This document shows positions 1 to 12,519 of a stretch of 64,000 nucleotides of DNA, in pieces (position 1 is the stretch's first letter; each line of letters begins with the position of its first letter). Source of the DNA: Marsupella aquatica (Eukaryota; Plantae; Marchantiophyta); assembly GCA_973895155.1 (NCBI GenBank), contig OZ316899.1, positions 16,581,974 through 16,645,973 on the forward strand. Reading direction: 5' to 3'. A model generated the notes under the pieces. That model saw nothing but the letters and a program-made list of their open reading frames with translations, did no database searches and was not told the origin of the DNA. Both the position numbers and the translations under genes were made by a program.

Positions 1-551
1 ACGCACAACTGCTACAATCAATGCGCGTCCAGGATGCTCCATCGCATCACGTTAGGGAACTCAACATTCTAGACATTCAAAAACTGCATTCACATTTCTC
101 TGCAAAGGGAACTCAACATTCTAGACATTTGAAAACTGGTGCAAAACTCAGGCACTTAGAGAGAGAGGGACAAAGAGAGAGCCAGAAAGAGAGAGCAAAT
201 AGTCTCTTAGCAAACGGAGCTTCTCATTGCCATAAGCATAGCAGACACAAAGCAACAGAACAAGAAGGCAACATTGGATTCATGGACTGATAGAATGGGT
301 AGCACATTGGCAAAAGCAAAGCAGAAATGCAGAATGAACAAATGGCCAGAAGGGGAAGAAGCGCAAAATTGCACAAAACTGACCTTCTCGCACCTCAGCC
401 CAAACTCGCTCCCACAGATATATAAGTTCTCGTAGCTCCTTGATAGAACCTCCTGTAGGTTCTCGCCAATTGCAACTCCTCACCCATAGCTTCTCGCCGA
501 TTGTAGCTTGCTGCCGATTGCAACTCATCGCTGATTTGTAGCTTGTCCTCC

Positions 552-700
552 GCTCCTCACCCGCAGCTTATCACCAATCGTAGCTCCTCACCCGCAGCTT
601 ATCGCCGATCGTAGCTCCTCACCCGCAGCTTATCGCCGATCGTAGCTCCTCACCCGCAACTTATCGCTGATTGTAGCTCGTTCTCCTCTCCTCACCCGCA
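552..700 (+). repeat. 31-bp tandem repeat (gctcctcacccgcagcttatcgccgatcgta), ~4.5 copies
   Basis: Unit starts at 552, 583, 614 and 645; degenerate copies flank the array. Confidence 0.9.
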
Positions 701-920
701 ACAATGACAAATGTAAAGAAGCTATTGCCTTGACCCTGCGCAGGGCACTCCAAAGAAGCGCAGGGCATTCAAAAGAAAGTGTGGAAGCTCCCAAGTCCTA
801 CCGAGGTGCTCCGCCAACCGCGCGCAATAAGCTCAAAAACAATTGCAGCCTGAATGGCTTTGGGTTGGAGCTCCTCCTCTAAACTTTGCAAATGGTCACT
901 AAAACAATGCCACGTCCAAC

Positions 921-1152
921 GCTTCACTCAAACAATGCCTTGCCCAACGCTTGCCCAAAACTGATGTGTCGCAACTCCAAACCGCAACTCCCCTCCCGCT
1001 TCACTCAAACAATGCCTTGCCCAACGCTTGCCCAAAACTGATGTGTCGCAACTCCAAACCGCAACTCCCCTCCCGCTTCACTCAAACAATGCCTTGCCCA
1101 ACGCTTGCCCAAAACTGATGTGTCGCAACTCCAAACCGCAACTCCCCTCCCG
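921..1152 (+). repeat. 77-bp tandem repeat, 3 near-identical copies
   Basis: gcttcactcaaacaatgccttgccc... starts at 921, 998 and 1075. Confidence 0.95.
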
Positions 1153-1469
1153 CAACTCCAAACCTGTGCTTCCGGGGCAAATGTGCTTGGAAGAGTGTTG
1201 AAGCTTGGTGGAACGGAGCACAACGCTGCGCAACCCTAAGCCCTTGCAATGTGCACACAAAGACATGCCAAGAAATGAGCACATCGAGCGTTGCCCTCTC
1301 AATGTTTTTTCAGGAAATAGGGCTCCTCTTGGTACGCGAGAACACTTAGCGGGAAAAACCTAATGCTGGACCCCTAAACCCCGTAAAGGTAAGGTATTCT
1401 GTTGGATGGGGATGGTGGATATTGTGGGTCATTAATTAGGGTTATATTTTGACAATATCTCTCATATGT

Positions 1470-1656
1470 CTGGACCCCCCATAAGGCCCTAGGGAAGTTT
1501 AGACTAGGTTAATAACAATGTAAACCCCCCCCATAAGGCCCTAGGGAAATACCAACTATATAGGTTAATAACAAGGTCCGGACGCCCCCATAAGGCCCTA
1601 AGTAGGGAAGGCAAGGTTAATAACTCATAATGTCGCGACCCCCCCATAAGGCCATG
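1470..1656 (+). repeat. Degenerate ~55-bp tandem repeat (cccccataaggccc...ggttaataac), 4 copies
   Basis: The core cccccataaggcc recurs four times at 50-60 bp spacing, with ggttaataac between copies. Confidence 0.75.
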
Positions 1657-2179
1657 GCTGTTTGTGTAGGTGCCAACAAGAATGTTAAGGACCAATGTTA
1701 TATATAAAAAATGATGCCCGCGATATAAAAGGTCCGATATATGCCCGCGATATAAACCCATAACCCGCCCCTCATTTAAACAATTAATCCTTCATGGGAG
1801 GTGAGGGTGTTGTGGATTACATTAGTGTAATTAACTATGTACCGACCATGTTTTTTGGGTGATAGGTTATGTCTGCAAAAATTTATGCATGCATGAACAC
1901 AATTTTGGACTACCTTATTAGTCTCACCATATGATAGTGATACTCATCCAAATGTTAGCATTTAATAGCTCTCCACTCGTGACTCAATTGAGAGAAACCC
2001 TCATTCATGACTCAAGCACAATTATAGGGCCCCTTACATGCTACATGACCACTACATATGAGGCTATGTTGTCTAAGAGTTTTTGAGAGCATTACACCAA
2101 AGCATTAATAAGTGAGCCTTCCCATGACTATATGACCTCCAATATGCCAACATTAATGGCTTCCATTATGACAGCGTGA

Positions 2180-2428
2180 GTGACCCCACATTTAGTCCTC
2201 AGATTGAAGCACCATTTAATTCACAAATGACCCAATGAAATCCCTTGTACCTCCAAAGAGAACCCCCCAATAGCCTTTGTAAAGACCAGTCATTTGGTAC
2301 TTCCGTGACCCCACGTTTAGTCCTCAGATTGAAGCACCATTTAATTCACAAATGACCCAATGAACTCCCTTGTACCTCCAAAGAGAACCCCCCAATAGCC
2401 TTTGTAAAGACCAGTCATTTGGTACTTC
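2180..2428 (+). repeat. 125-bp direct tandem duplication
   Basis: gtgaccccac(a/g)tttagtcctcagattgaagc...catttggtacttc occurs at 2180 and 2305. Confidence 0.9.
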
Positions 2429-2429
2429 T

Positions 2430-5400
2430 GACCTCTAGTATGACAACCAAGATTACCCTAATTTGAGGTGTTTTCATTAATGACACACCATGAGGGACCT
2501 CTCTAATGACCACATATGCAGTCAATTGCTCCAAATGACCTCCAAATGACTACCAAAATGACCCTTATTGTAGTCATTGGCATTAATGACACACATTATG
2601 TAAAAATGACCCAATGAAGAGTATACTACCTCTCGGAGTGCCCCCTTACAATTCCTTTGGAATTAAATAGAATATATCCAAAATCCAAATATCGGCACAA
2701 ACATGACATAGTTATATAGAAGGACATAGTCTTCCACTAGTATTGCACTATATACCTCTTGGAGAGACAAAAACAATTTTTGTTTGCCTTTGGATAGGAT
2801 GGTATGCATGCATGGTGACACTTTTGGCAATCACTCCAAAGTTGTATGACTTGGGAGTGATTTCCCCAAGGTTGCATCATCCCTTAAGTAATTGTAAAAA
2901 CATGGCTCCAAAGTGCTCATGGTGTAACTAGTGGTTGGAGAATAGTGGGTATAGTACCCCGCACATTGTGGAGAGGTTGCCACCTTCATGTAGGGCCCCA
3001 TGGCACACTAGGGCCACCTTAAGCTCCTAGACCCAAAAGGGTCATTTCTGATGGTCTGTAATGACACCATGAGGGACCTCTATAATGACCCCATATGGAG
3101 TCATTTGGCACAAATGACTTCCAAAAGGACTGCCAAAATGACCCTTACTGCAGTCTTTGGCATTAATGACACACTATTCCTCCAAAATGACCCAATGAAG
3201 ATTACAACACCTACTCACAATGCCCCGACACTATTCATATGCAAAATGGAGTATTCCCCATCCAAACACCGACACAAACATGACACAATTACATCACAAG
3301 ATGACAACCTTCCATTGGTGTTGCGCTACTTCTTGGAGAGACAAAAAATGGCTCCATTTGCGCTTGGATACAGTGGTATGCATCCATGGTGACACTTTTG
3401 GGGAAATCACTCCAAAGTCGTATGACTTGGGAGTGATTTCCCCAAGGGTGCATCATGCCTTAAGTAAACGCAAAAACATGGGTCCAAAGTGTTTATGTCG
3501 CAACTAGTGGTTAGACAATGATGAGTATAGTGTCCCGTACCTAGTGGAGAGTTTCTCACCTCTATGTGGGGCCACATGGCACTCTAGGGCCCACCTTCAG
3601 CCCCTAGCCCCAAACTGGTCATTTGTGCTTCTGTTTAATGACTACATGGGGGACCACACAAATGACCACAAGTCTAGTCACTTGACATATATGACATCCC
3701 ATATGACAGTTATAATCACTCTACTTGTAGTCATTGGCATTTATGACACAAATTTGTCTAGAAATGACCCAGTAAAGATTACACTACATCCTTGATTGCC
3801 CTGTCACTATTCATTTGCAAAGTAGAATATTCCCCATCCAAACACAGGCACAAACATGACACAATTACATGGAAGGACGATAGCCTTCCATTGGTGTTGC
3901 GCTACTTCTTGCAGAGACAAAAAATGGCTTCATTTCCCTTTGGATAGGATGGTATGCATCAATGGTGACACTTTTGGCAAATCACTCCAAAGTCGTATGA
4001 CTTGGGAGTGATTTCCCCAAGATTGTATCATCCCTTAAGTAAACACATAAATGAGATACCAAAGTGCTAATGGTGCAACTAGTGGTTGGAGAATAGTAAA
4101 TATAATATTTGGCACCTAGTGGAGGGGTTGCGAGCTCTATGTGGGGCTACATGGCACTCTAGCGCCGACCTCCAGCCCTTAGCCCCAAATTGGTCATTAT
4201 GGCTTGTCTTCAATGACTGCACTAGGGACCCTTCAAATGACAACAAGTCCAATCATTTTATTATATGACATCCTATATGACAATTTCAATGACCCTATTT
4301 GTAGTCATTGGCACTTATGACACAACTTTGAGCAAAAATGACCTAATGAAGGTCCTAGTACCTCCAGAGAGAGGCTATTCTAGATTCCTTGGAAGGTGGG
4401 AATATTCCTCTTCCCTAAACCCGCACCCACACCATACAGGGAAGCACGACTCCCCTGCCCATTCCATTGGTGCAGCACTACCTCTTGGAGAACCAAAAAA
4501 CAACTTTTATTTGCCTTTGGATGTGATGGTATGCGCCCATTTGACACTTTTGACAAATCACTCCAAAGCCGTATGACTTGGGAGTGATTTCCCCAAGGTG
4601 CATCATGCCTTAAGTAAATGCAAAAACATGTGTCCAAAGTGTTCATGGGACAACTAGTGGTTGGACAATGATGAGTATAGTGTCCCGCACCTAGTGGAGG
4701 GGTTCTCAGCTCTATGTGGGGCCCCATGGCACTCTAGGGCCCACCTCCAGCCCCTAGCCCCAAACTGGTCATTTGTGCTTCTGCTTAATGATTGCACAAG
4801 GGACCCCTCAAATGACCACAAATCCAGTCATTTGACTTATGTGACAGCCCATATGACAGATTTAATGACCCTACTTGTAGTCATTGGTATTTATGACACC
4901 AATTTTTTCAGAAATGACTCAATGAAGATTACACTACCTCCTTGAGTGCCCCATCACTATTCATTTTCAAAATAGAATATTCCCCATCCAAACACCGGCA
5001 CAAACATGACACAATTACATGGAAGGACGACAGCCTTGCACTACTTCTTGCAGAGACAAAAAAATGGCTTCATTTCCTTTAGATAGGATGGTATGCATCA
5101 ATGGTGACACTTTTGGCAAATCACTCAAAAGTCGTATGACTTGGGAGTGATTTCCCCAAGATTATATCATCCCTTAAGTAAACACAAAAAGATGGCTCCA
5201 AACTGCTAATGGTGCAACTAGTGGTTGGAGAATAGTAAATATAGTATTTGACACCTAGTGGAGGGGTTGCGAGCTCTATGTGGGGCCACATGGCACTCTA
5301 GGGCCCACCTCCAGCCCTTAGCTCCAAATTGGTCATTCATGCTTGTCTTCAATGACTACACTAGAGACCCCTCAAATGACAAAAAGTCCAATCATTTGAA

Positions 5401-6610
5401 TTATATGACATCTCATATGACCATTTCAATGACCCTACTTGTGGTCATTGGCACTTATGACATGACTTTGTTACAAAATGACCCAATGAAGGTCCTAGTA
5501 CCGCCAGAGAGAGCCCGCTCTACATTCCTTGCAAAAATGGAATATTCGTATACCTTTAAACATCAGACACATCATAGAGGGAAGCACCACTACCACGCCC
5601 ATTCCATTGGTGTTGCGCTACCTCTTGGAGAGACAAAAAAGGGCTTCATTTGCGTTTGGAACGGTGGTATGCATCCATGGTGACACTTTTGGCAAATCAC
5701 TCTAAAGTCGTATGACTTGGGAGTGATTTCCCCAAAGGTGCATCGTGCCTTAAGTAAACGCAAAAACATGTGTCCAAAGTGTTTATGTCGCAACTAGTGG
5801 TTGGACAATGATGAGTATAGTGTCCAACACGCAATGGAGGGGTTCTCACCTCTATGTGGGGCCACATGGCACTCTAGGGCCCACCTCCAGCCCCTAGCCC
5901 CAAACTGGTCATTTGTGCTTTTGCTTAATGACTACACAAGGGACCCCTCAAATGACCACAACTACAGTCATTAGACGTATATGACTTCCCATATGACAGT
6001 TTTAATGACCCTACTTGTAGTCATTGGCATTTATGACGGTCCATTGCTCACATATGACCCAATAAAGGCCCTAGTACCTCCAAAGAGAGCCCGCTTTAGG
6101 TTCCTTGCAAGGTTGGAATATTCCTCTTCCCTAAACCCGCACCCACACCATACAGAGAAGCACGATTCCCCTGCCCATTCCATTGGTGCAGCACTACCTC
6201 TTGGAGAACCCAAAAACAACTTTTATTTGCCTTTGGATGTGATGGTATGCATCCATGGTGACACTTTTGGCAAATCACTCCAAAGTTGTACAACTTGGGA
6301 GTGATTTCCCCAAAGGTGCATCATGCCTTAAGTAAATGCAAAAACATGTGTTCAAATTGCTAATGCCGCAACTAGTGGTTGGACAATGATGAGTATAGTG
6401 TCCCGCAACAAGTGGAGGGGTTCTCACCTCTATGTAGGGCCCATGACACACTCGGGCCCACCTTAAGCTCGTAGACCAAAAATGGTCATTTATGCTAGTC
6501 CATAATGACACCATGAGGGATGTCTTGAATGAAAACTTACATAGTCATTTGGTCAAAATGACCTCTAATATGACCACTGACATTACCCTTATTGTAGTCA
6601 TTGGCATTCT
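2430..6610 (+). repeat. ~576-bp satellite-like tandem array (~7 monomers) in the subterminal region of CACTA 1
   Basis: Marker tatgacttgggagtgatttcccc recurs at about 2845, 3421, 3996, 4572, 5135, 5711 and 6288 (spacing 563-577). Monomers are ATGAC/GTCAT rich. Confidence 0.95.
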
Positions 6611-6700
6611 TCAATGACTCTACAATTATGACCGGTGTCTGGAATGACTATTGAGTATTTTAATCTTGATATTTCTTGGGTTCTTTAATGACTCTATAAG

Positions 6701-6984
6701 TAGTCATTTATGCAATAAGTCCATAATGACTGTATGTTATTGTAAACATTGATATATCGTGATTTTTAGATTGACCCTATATTTAGTCATTTATGCGACA
6801 AGTCCATAATTACAGTATGTTGTTGTAAACACTGATATATCCTAATTTCAAGATTGACCCTAGAGTTAGTCACTTATGAGAGAAGTCCATAATGACGGTG
6901 TGTTGTTGTAAACACTGATATATTCTTATTTTGAGATTGACCCTAGATTTTGTCATTTAACACCGTTGGTTAAAATGACGGAAA
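6701..6984 (+). repeat. 83-bp subterminal tandem repeat (~3.4 copies)
   Basis: tagtcatttatg...gattgaccctatattt units start at 6701, 6784, 6867 and 6950. Confidence 0.85.
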
Positions 6985-7178
6985 TGTTAACATTTGAATG
7001 TTATTAACTTCAACAACACATTCCAACCTTCTTCCAATCTTAATATATGACCAATTCATGGTCTTGATGTACAATGTTGGTTAGGGTGGTTATAACCATT
7101 CACCTCTCTTAACCTATTCATATCCTATCTATTCATATCTCTAAGCCTTACATCTAGGATGACATATGTATTACAACA
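6985..7178 (-). repeat. Copia 3' LTR
   Basis: tgttaacatttg...attacaaca; adjacent ctccccct is the PPT complement. Confidence 0.97.
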
Positions 7179-7526
7179 CTCCCCCTTGATTGCTAAAAAT
7201 TTGGCATTTTGTGCAATCAAATGAGTAATAGATGGGAATCCTAGTGGAATGTCTTAGTTTCTACGATACCATCAAGTAAAACCTCATTAAAAACCCTCTG
7301 CTTTCTTCTAGGGATAAAAAGAGTGTTACCACTTTCAATGACGGATCAAGAAAATTGTAAAGTGAGGAATAGGTTAGGATAAGTGTATTTAATGGGGTAT
7401 ATGAGTGAAGGAGATTAAAGGGAATGTAATGTATATGTTGTGAGTTGGTGTGTATCAAGTGGCGAAACGCATAGTTAGTTCGGGAAGGAGGGAACAACGG
7501 AATAGCTAAAGAGTTAAGGAGTATCG

Positions 7527-10500
7527 TTACAATGGGTGTGACAGGGTAGAGAGACGACGCATTCCTATGCCATCACAATGTTCGTTATGCAAGATTCTAG
7601 GTAAAGGTTTTGTAAATAGGTCTGCTCTATTCTCCTGAGAAGAAATCTAGACAATATTGATGTGATCGCCTTGTTGTTCTGCTATATAGAAAAATTTTGG
7701 CGCTATATGTTTTATGCGGTCGCCCTTGATAAACCCCTTGGTGATTTGGTTAATGCAGGGACGATTGTCTTCAAAGATCGTAGTCGGGGTGGTCAATTTA
7801 GGGCGTCCGATGGAGGTATGAATGTGGTTAAGCAGTTGGCAAAGCCAAATGCATTCCTTGCAGGCTTCATAGAGTGCGATTACTTCCGCGTGGTTGGACG
7901 ATGTAGTGGTAAGAGACTGTTTTGTGCTCTTCCACGATATGGCCGTCCCACCTTGAAGGAACACGTATCCCATCTGGGATTTTGAGTCGTCCGGATCAGA
8001 AAGATACCCTACATCAGCATAGCCAATCAGTTCATTAGGACTTGTGGATGAGTAGTATAAGCCCATGTCAATTGTGCCTTGCAGGTACCTGAGTACTCGT
8101 TTGATGCCATTCCAATGGCGAATAGTTGGCTGAGAACTGTGTCTTGCTAACATGTTCACTGCGAATGCTATATCCGGTCTTGTCTGATTCGCAAGGTACA
8201 TTAATGCACCGATAGCAGAAAGATAAGGTTTTTCTAGTCCGAGTAATAGTTCTGATTCTTTGCGTTTATGAAAAATGTCCTTGGTTGGATCAAGAGATCG
8301 AAGATCCATCGGTGTAGTAACCGGGTATGATTTGTCCATGTTGAATTGCTTTAATACTTTGTTGGTGTATGTAGATTGGTGAAGAAAGATTCCTCCAGGT
8401 AAAATCTCGATCTGTATCCCTAAACAGTAATTAGGTGTACCAATGTCTTTCATTTTGAATTTGGTCTTTAAGGTCTTGATCGTTGTGGCAATTAGTTCTG
8501 AAGTACCGAATATGCTTATGTCGTCCACATAGATGGCAATAATTATAAATTCATTGCCAGTGTGCTTGATAAACAGACATGGAGCTAATTCATTATTTAC
8601 AAACCCGAGAGCTAGCATTTCTGCCTTGAATCGTTGATACCAAATCCTCCCGCTCTGTTTAAGGCCATAGATTGAGCGGAGGACCTGTACAACAACATTA
8701 TTCTGAGATTTCCTTTTGCTGACAGTCTTGTGCACCGGTTCATAGACCTTTGGGTGACAAGTTGGTATAGCATTAAGCTCTCTCTGTTGATCAACAACAG
8801 AGTGGGTTGTAGTACAGATACTTCTGTCTTTAATTGTGTTTGCTAGGACTAATGCCTCTGTACTGAGTAAATTCAGTTCCATATCTGTGGGTACAATTTG
8901 GCTAATGCCCGACTTGAGGTCTGAAGGTATTGGAGAGAATTTCTCCCCCTGAATATGGAAGTTGACGCGAATGATAAGTTCCGGCGGGGCCTGCATGTAT
9001 AATTCTGTGTCTAGAATGCCATAAAGATACGCAGTAACGACGTCCATCAAATGTAGCTTCAGTTGATAAACCAGTGAGAAAGCAATCAGGTATCTGTATG
9101 TTATGGCATCCATGACAGGAGCATACGTCAAATCATAGTCTTTTCCCCATATCCGTGTGTAGCCTTTGGCCACCAATCGTGCCTTGTATCTAACAATTTT
9201 GCCCTTGGCATTTCTCTTTCTTACCAGTATGATCCTGTATCCTGTCAAGTGCATATCAGGTGGTGATGGACAGATTTTTCCAAATACCTGTATAGATATA
9301 AGCGAATCGAGTTCAGAGTTTATGGCTTGTTCCATAAGGGCCAATCTCCTCGTTGTTGAGCCTCACGTACTGTCCGTGGGTCTGGTGAGTCGGGGGATAT
9401 TATCTGTGAGATAAGAAATGCAAAACTGTCGTTTATTGCAATATCCTGACGTCGCCAGACATTTCCTGTGTGAGCATAATTCAGTGATATTTCTTCATTG
9501 TCAGCTTGTTGTTCTTGTATTGGTATAATAGTAAGTAAAGTAGAAGTTGGGCGTTTATTCCTTGGTGCCCGATCCTTAGCTCCAGGTGGTCGTCCTCTTT
9601 TAGCTTTTGGTGCTACTGATGAAGCTGGCTGTTTAGTGATGGAAATACGAGCCGGGGTGTTAGCTGCTTCAACATGAGATTTAGTCATTTGTGCAGCGTC
9701 ATTAAATGCATCTGGTAACCTTTCCATCATTTGGTGCAAGTGTAAGATACGTTTGACTTCATCATTGACTAGTGTTGTCCTTGGGTCGTGCCAGAATGGG
9801 TTCTTTGTTTGCCATTGTAATTCAGTAGGCGGGGGTATTGTCTCTGTATTTGTGGTGCTTAGGGGAGGAAATATATCCTCACAAAATTGGCAATCATCGT
9901 ATCTTGCTCTGAATATGTCTGCTGTCATGGGTTCCAGATATCTTATAATGGAAGGTGAGTCGAAACCTACATAAATTCCTGTCTGTCTCTGCGGTCCCAT
10001 TTTTGTCCTCTTAGGTCCAAGTATAGGTACCATTACGAGGCATCCAAATGTCTTTAAATGTGATACATCAGGAATGGTGCCATAAGCAAGGTGGTACGGT
10101 GTATATGAGTTAAAAGTTGATGGTCGAAATCTCAGTAATGCTGCACCATGAAGTACAGTGTGTCCCCATGCTGTAAGTGGGAGTTTGGTTTGCATTAACA
10201 TTGGTCTTGAGATCAATTGTATGCTCTTTATGAATGCTTATGCTGCTCCGTTTTGAAAATGGACGTAAGCCACCAAGTATTGTACAATGATTCCAAGTGT
10301 ATTGCAGATATCATCAAATGCTGGAGATGTGAATTCGCCAGCACTATCGATGTGGATTTTCCGGATGGGAGAATTAGGGAATTGTGTTCTTAACTTGAGG
10401 ATCTGCGTAAGGAGACGTGCAAGGACCAGGTTTTGAGTTGATAGAAGTGATACCTAAGACCATTTCGTTGAGGAGCAGATCATCACCAGAAAGAATCTGA

Positions 10501-12151
10501 AGGGTCCGCTTGGAGGGTCAATGGGGCCACAAATTTCGACGTTTAATTGTTCGAGGAAGGCTGGTATCCTCTGCACTGTCTTGGAAAAGGATGGTTTAAT
10601 CCGCAGTTTGCCTTGGGCATAGGCAAGACATGTTTCCTTCATTGATGTAGGGTTGACTGAGGGGGGGATTCCTCGGGTATCCTTCAGGATTCTTTGATAC
10701 ATTGACGTGCCAGGGTGGCCCAATCTGCGGTGCCATAGTTCCGTGAGAGTATTTGTATTAGTGTCTACTTGGTATGTTTGTATGGGAGCTGCATATAGTC
10801 CTGGTGGATGGTACGGCAATGATTCGAGTATAGTTGTGCCGCGTTCGTCTTCTTGCAGTATTTGCAGTGAGTTATCATCCGAGCTAGTGGTGGAGCGAAT
10901 TTGATAACCGTTTTGTCGAATATCATTAAAACTTAGTAAATTTCTGGTTGCTTGGGGAGCATAAATTGCCGAAGGTATATCGATTGTAGTTCTATTTGGA
11001 AGGATTATTCTTGCGGGTCCATGTCCTTCTTCGATGTTGTTTATTCCCGTAATTGTGGTAACAGGACGATGTGATGGGAGTATACTTTGGAAATATTTCT
11101 TGTCCTTCAAGATGGTGTGAGATGTGCCGCTATCGAGGATGCACATATTTTCATTGGAGAGGGATGTGGTGTGCATTGCGTTTATCAGTAAATGTATTTC
11201 TGGTGGTGGGGTGGGGCTCTTATACTTTGTGAGGTCTTCCTCGATCTCGAGGTAGTTTGCTGCCATTGCTGTGTTTGCTGTGGAGAGGCTGGCCTGGTAT
11301 AATTTGACCAGGTGGTTTTGTGCCCGACAATCTCTCTTGATGTGTCTAGGACCGCCACAGCGAAAACATTTGATACTTGATTTCCTGGAGTCTCTTTGCC
11401 AGGAATTCTTCCTTTGTGGAAATGCAGGTTTTGTGGCATTGGTGGGGCGTCCTTTGTTAAATCAATTTCTTTTAAAACGTTGGTACTGACCGCCTTGTAT
11501 TGTCTTGAATTTTCCCTTTCCTGTGGATGATGTGGGGTCGTGTTTGTTTGTATAAGTATAGAGTGTTTCTGGTTTTGGAATTGTTCCTGGCGGCCTCCTC
11601 TTTGAATTTTCTATAAGTAGCAGGTCGTTCTTTTCAGCTAGGAGCATAATTGCTATAAGTTCTGAGTATTCAGTAAAATTCATCTGGCAATATTGCTGAG
11701 CGAGTGTCATGTTGGCTGCAGGGAACGTTGACAGCATCTTCTCTATCTGATCTTGTTCAGAAATTGGTTGTCCACATACCTTTAATTGTGCGGAAATGCG
11801 GAAGAGAGCGCTATTGTAGCTGGCTATTGTTGGGTGATCGAGTACGCGGAGGTGGATCCATTTGTTTCTTGCTGCAGGAAGTGAAATTAGGCGGAGATGG
11901 TCGTATCTCCGTTTTAGAGCGTCCCATAGTGCCCGAGGGTTGTACTCATCGAGGTACTAAGCCTGGAGGTCTTGATCTAGATGGTGTCAAAGTATAAAGA
12001 TAGCTTGAGCTTTTGTTTGTAGGTCTCCATGGTAGTCTGCGATGATAGTGTCTCTGATCCCTTTTGCGTTTAGGACTATTTCAGCATTTTGTGACCAGGA
12101 TAAGTAATTGGATCCGTCGAGCTTCAAGACGGGAAATTGTAATTTCTCCAT
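7527..12151 (-). pseudogene. pol: Copia gag-pol polyprotein (Gag, CCHC knuckle, protease, GAG-pre-integrase/integrase, RT, RNase H), disrupted
   Basis: Start MEKLQFPVLKLDGSNYLSW; knuckle CFRCGGPRHIKRDC; protease CILDSGTSHT; LWHRRLGHP; RT YKARLVAKG, YGLKQSGRIW, IYVDD; RNase H ADLFTKPL. In-frame stops at ~11957, 11462, 10454, ~10238 and 7647, and a frameshift near 9330. Confidence 0.95.
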
Positions 12152-12325
12152 AATCGGATCTTTGCTTATTCCAAAAAACAGTAAAGATTGGAGACCTCGT
12201 TTATCTTTATGTTCCCTGTTATCTATTGAGTACCTCTGGCTAGAGTTTCGATGAATTTTGATTCTCTTTGGTTTCTATTGTAGCTCGAGAAAAAAAGGTG
12301 TGTGAGCAAAAAGGTGCTGATAACG

Positions 12326-12519
12326 TGTTAACATTTGAATGTTATTAACTTCAACAACACATTCCAACCTTTTTCCAATCTTAATATATGACCAATTCAT
12401 GGTCTTGATGTACAATGTTGGTTAGGGTGGTTATAACCATTCACCTCTCTTAACCTATTCATATCCTATCTATTCATATCTCTAAGCCTTACATCTAGGA
12501 TGACATATGTATTACAACA
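12326..12519 (-). repeat. Copia 5' LTR
   Basis: Copy of 6985-7178 with one C/T difference; followed on the minus strand by the PBS at 12313-12325. Confidence 0.97.

Larger units (their letters stand above)
6985..12519 (-). mobile_element. Full-length Ty1/copia LTR retrotransposon, Bianca-like lineage
   Basis: 194-bp TG...CA LTRs at 6985-7178 and 12326-12519 differ at one base. The 5-bp TSD GGAAA is at 6980-6984 and 12520-12524. PBS CGTTATCAGCAC and PPT AGGGGGAG are on the minus strand. Bianca-type motifs TPMDLRSLD and SNHAEVIALYEA are present. Confidence 0.97.

Noticed and set aside
1470-1656. CRISPR-like repeat/spacer pattern (cccccataaggccc)
   Set aside because: The spacers share ggttaataac, so this is a degenerate tandem repeat; the context is eukaryotic and no cas genes are present.
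3398-3512. Helitron 3' end (hairpin followed by CTAG) in each monomer
   Set aside because: The CTAG is ~65 bp from the hairpin rather than ~10-15 bp, and no RepHel or TC 5' end is seen.
2743-6514. Recurrent ORFs in the 576-bp array (monomer length divisible by 3)
   Set aside because: Stops recur at conserved positions, frames shift between monomers and no domain is recognisable; these are by-products of the repeat.
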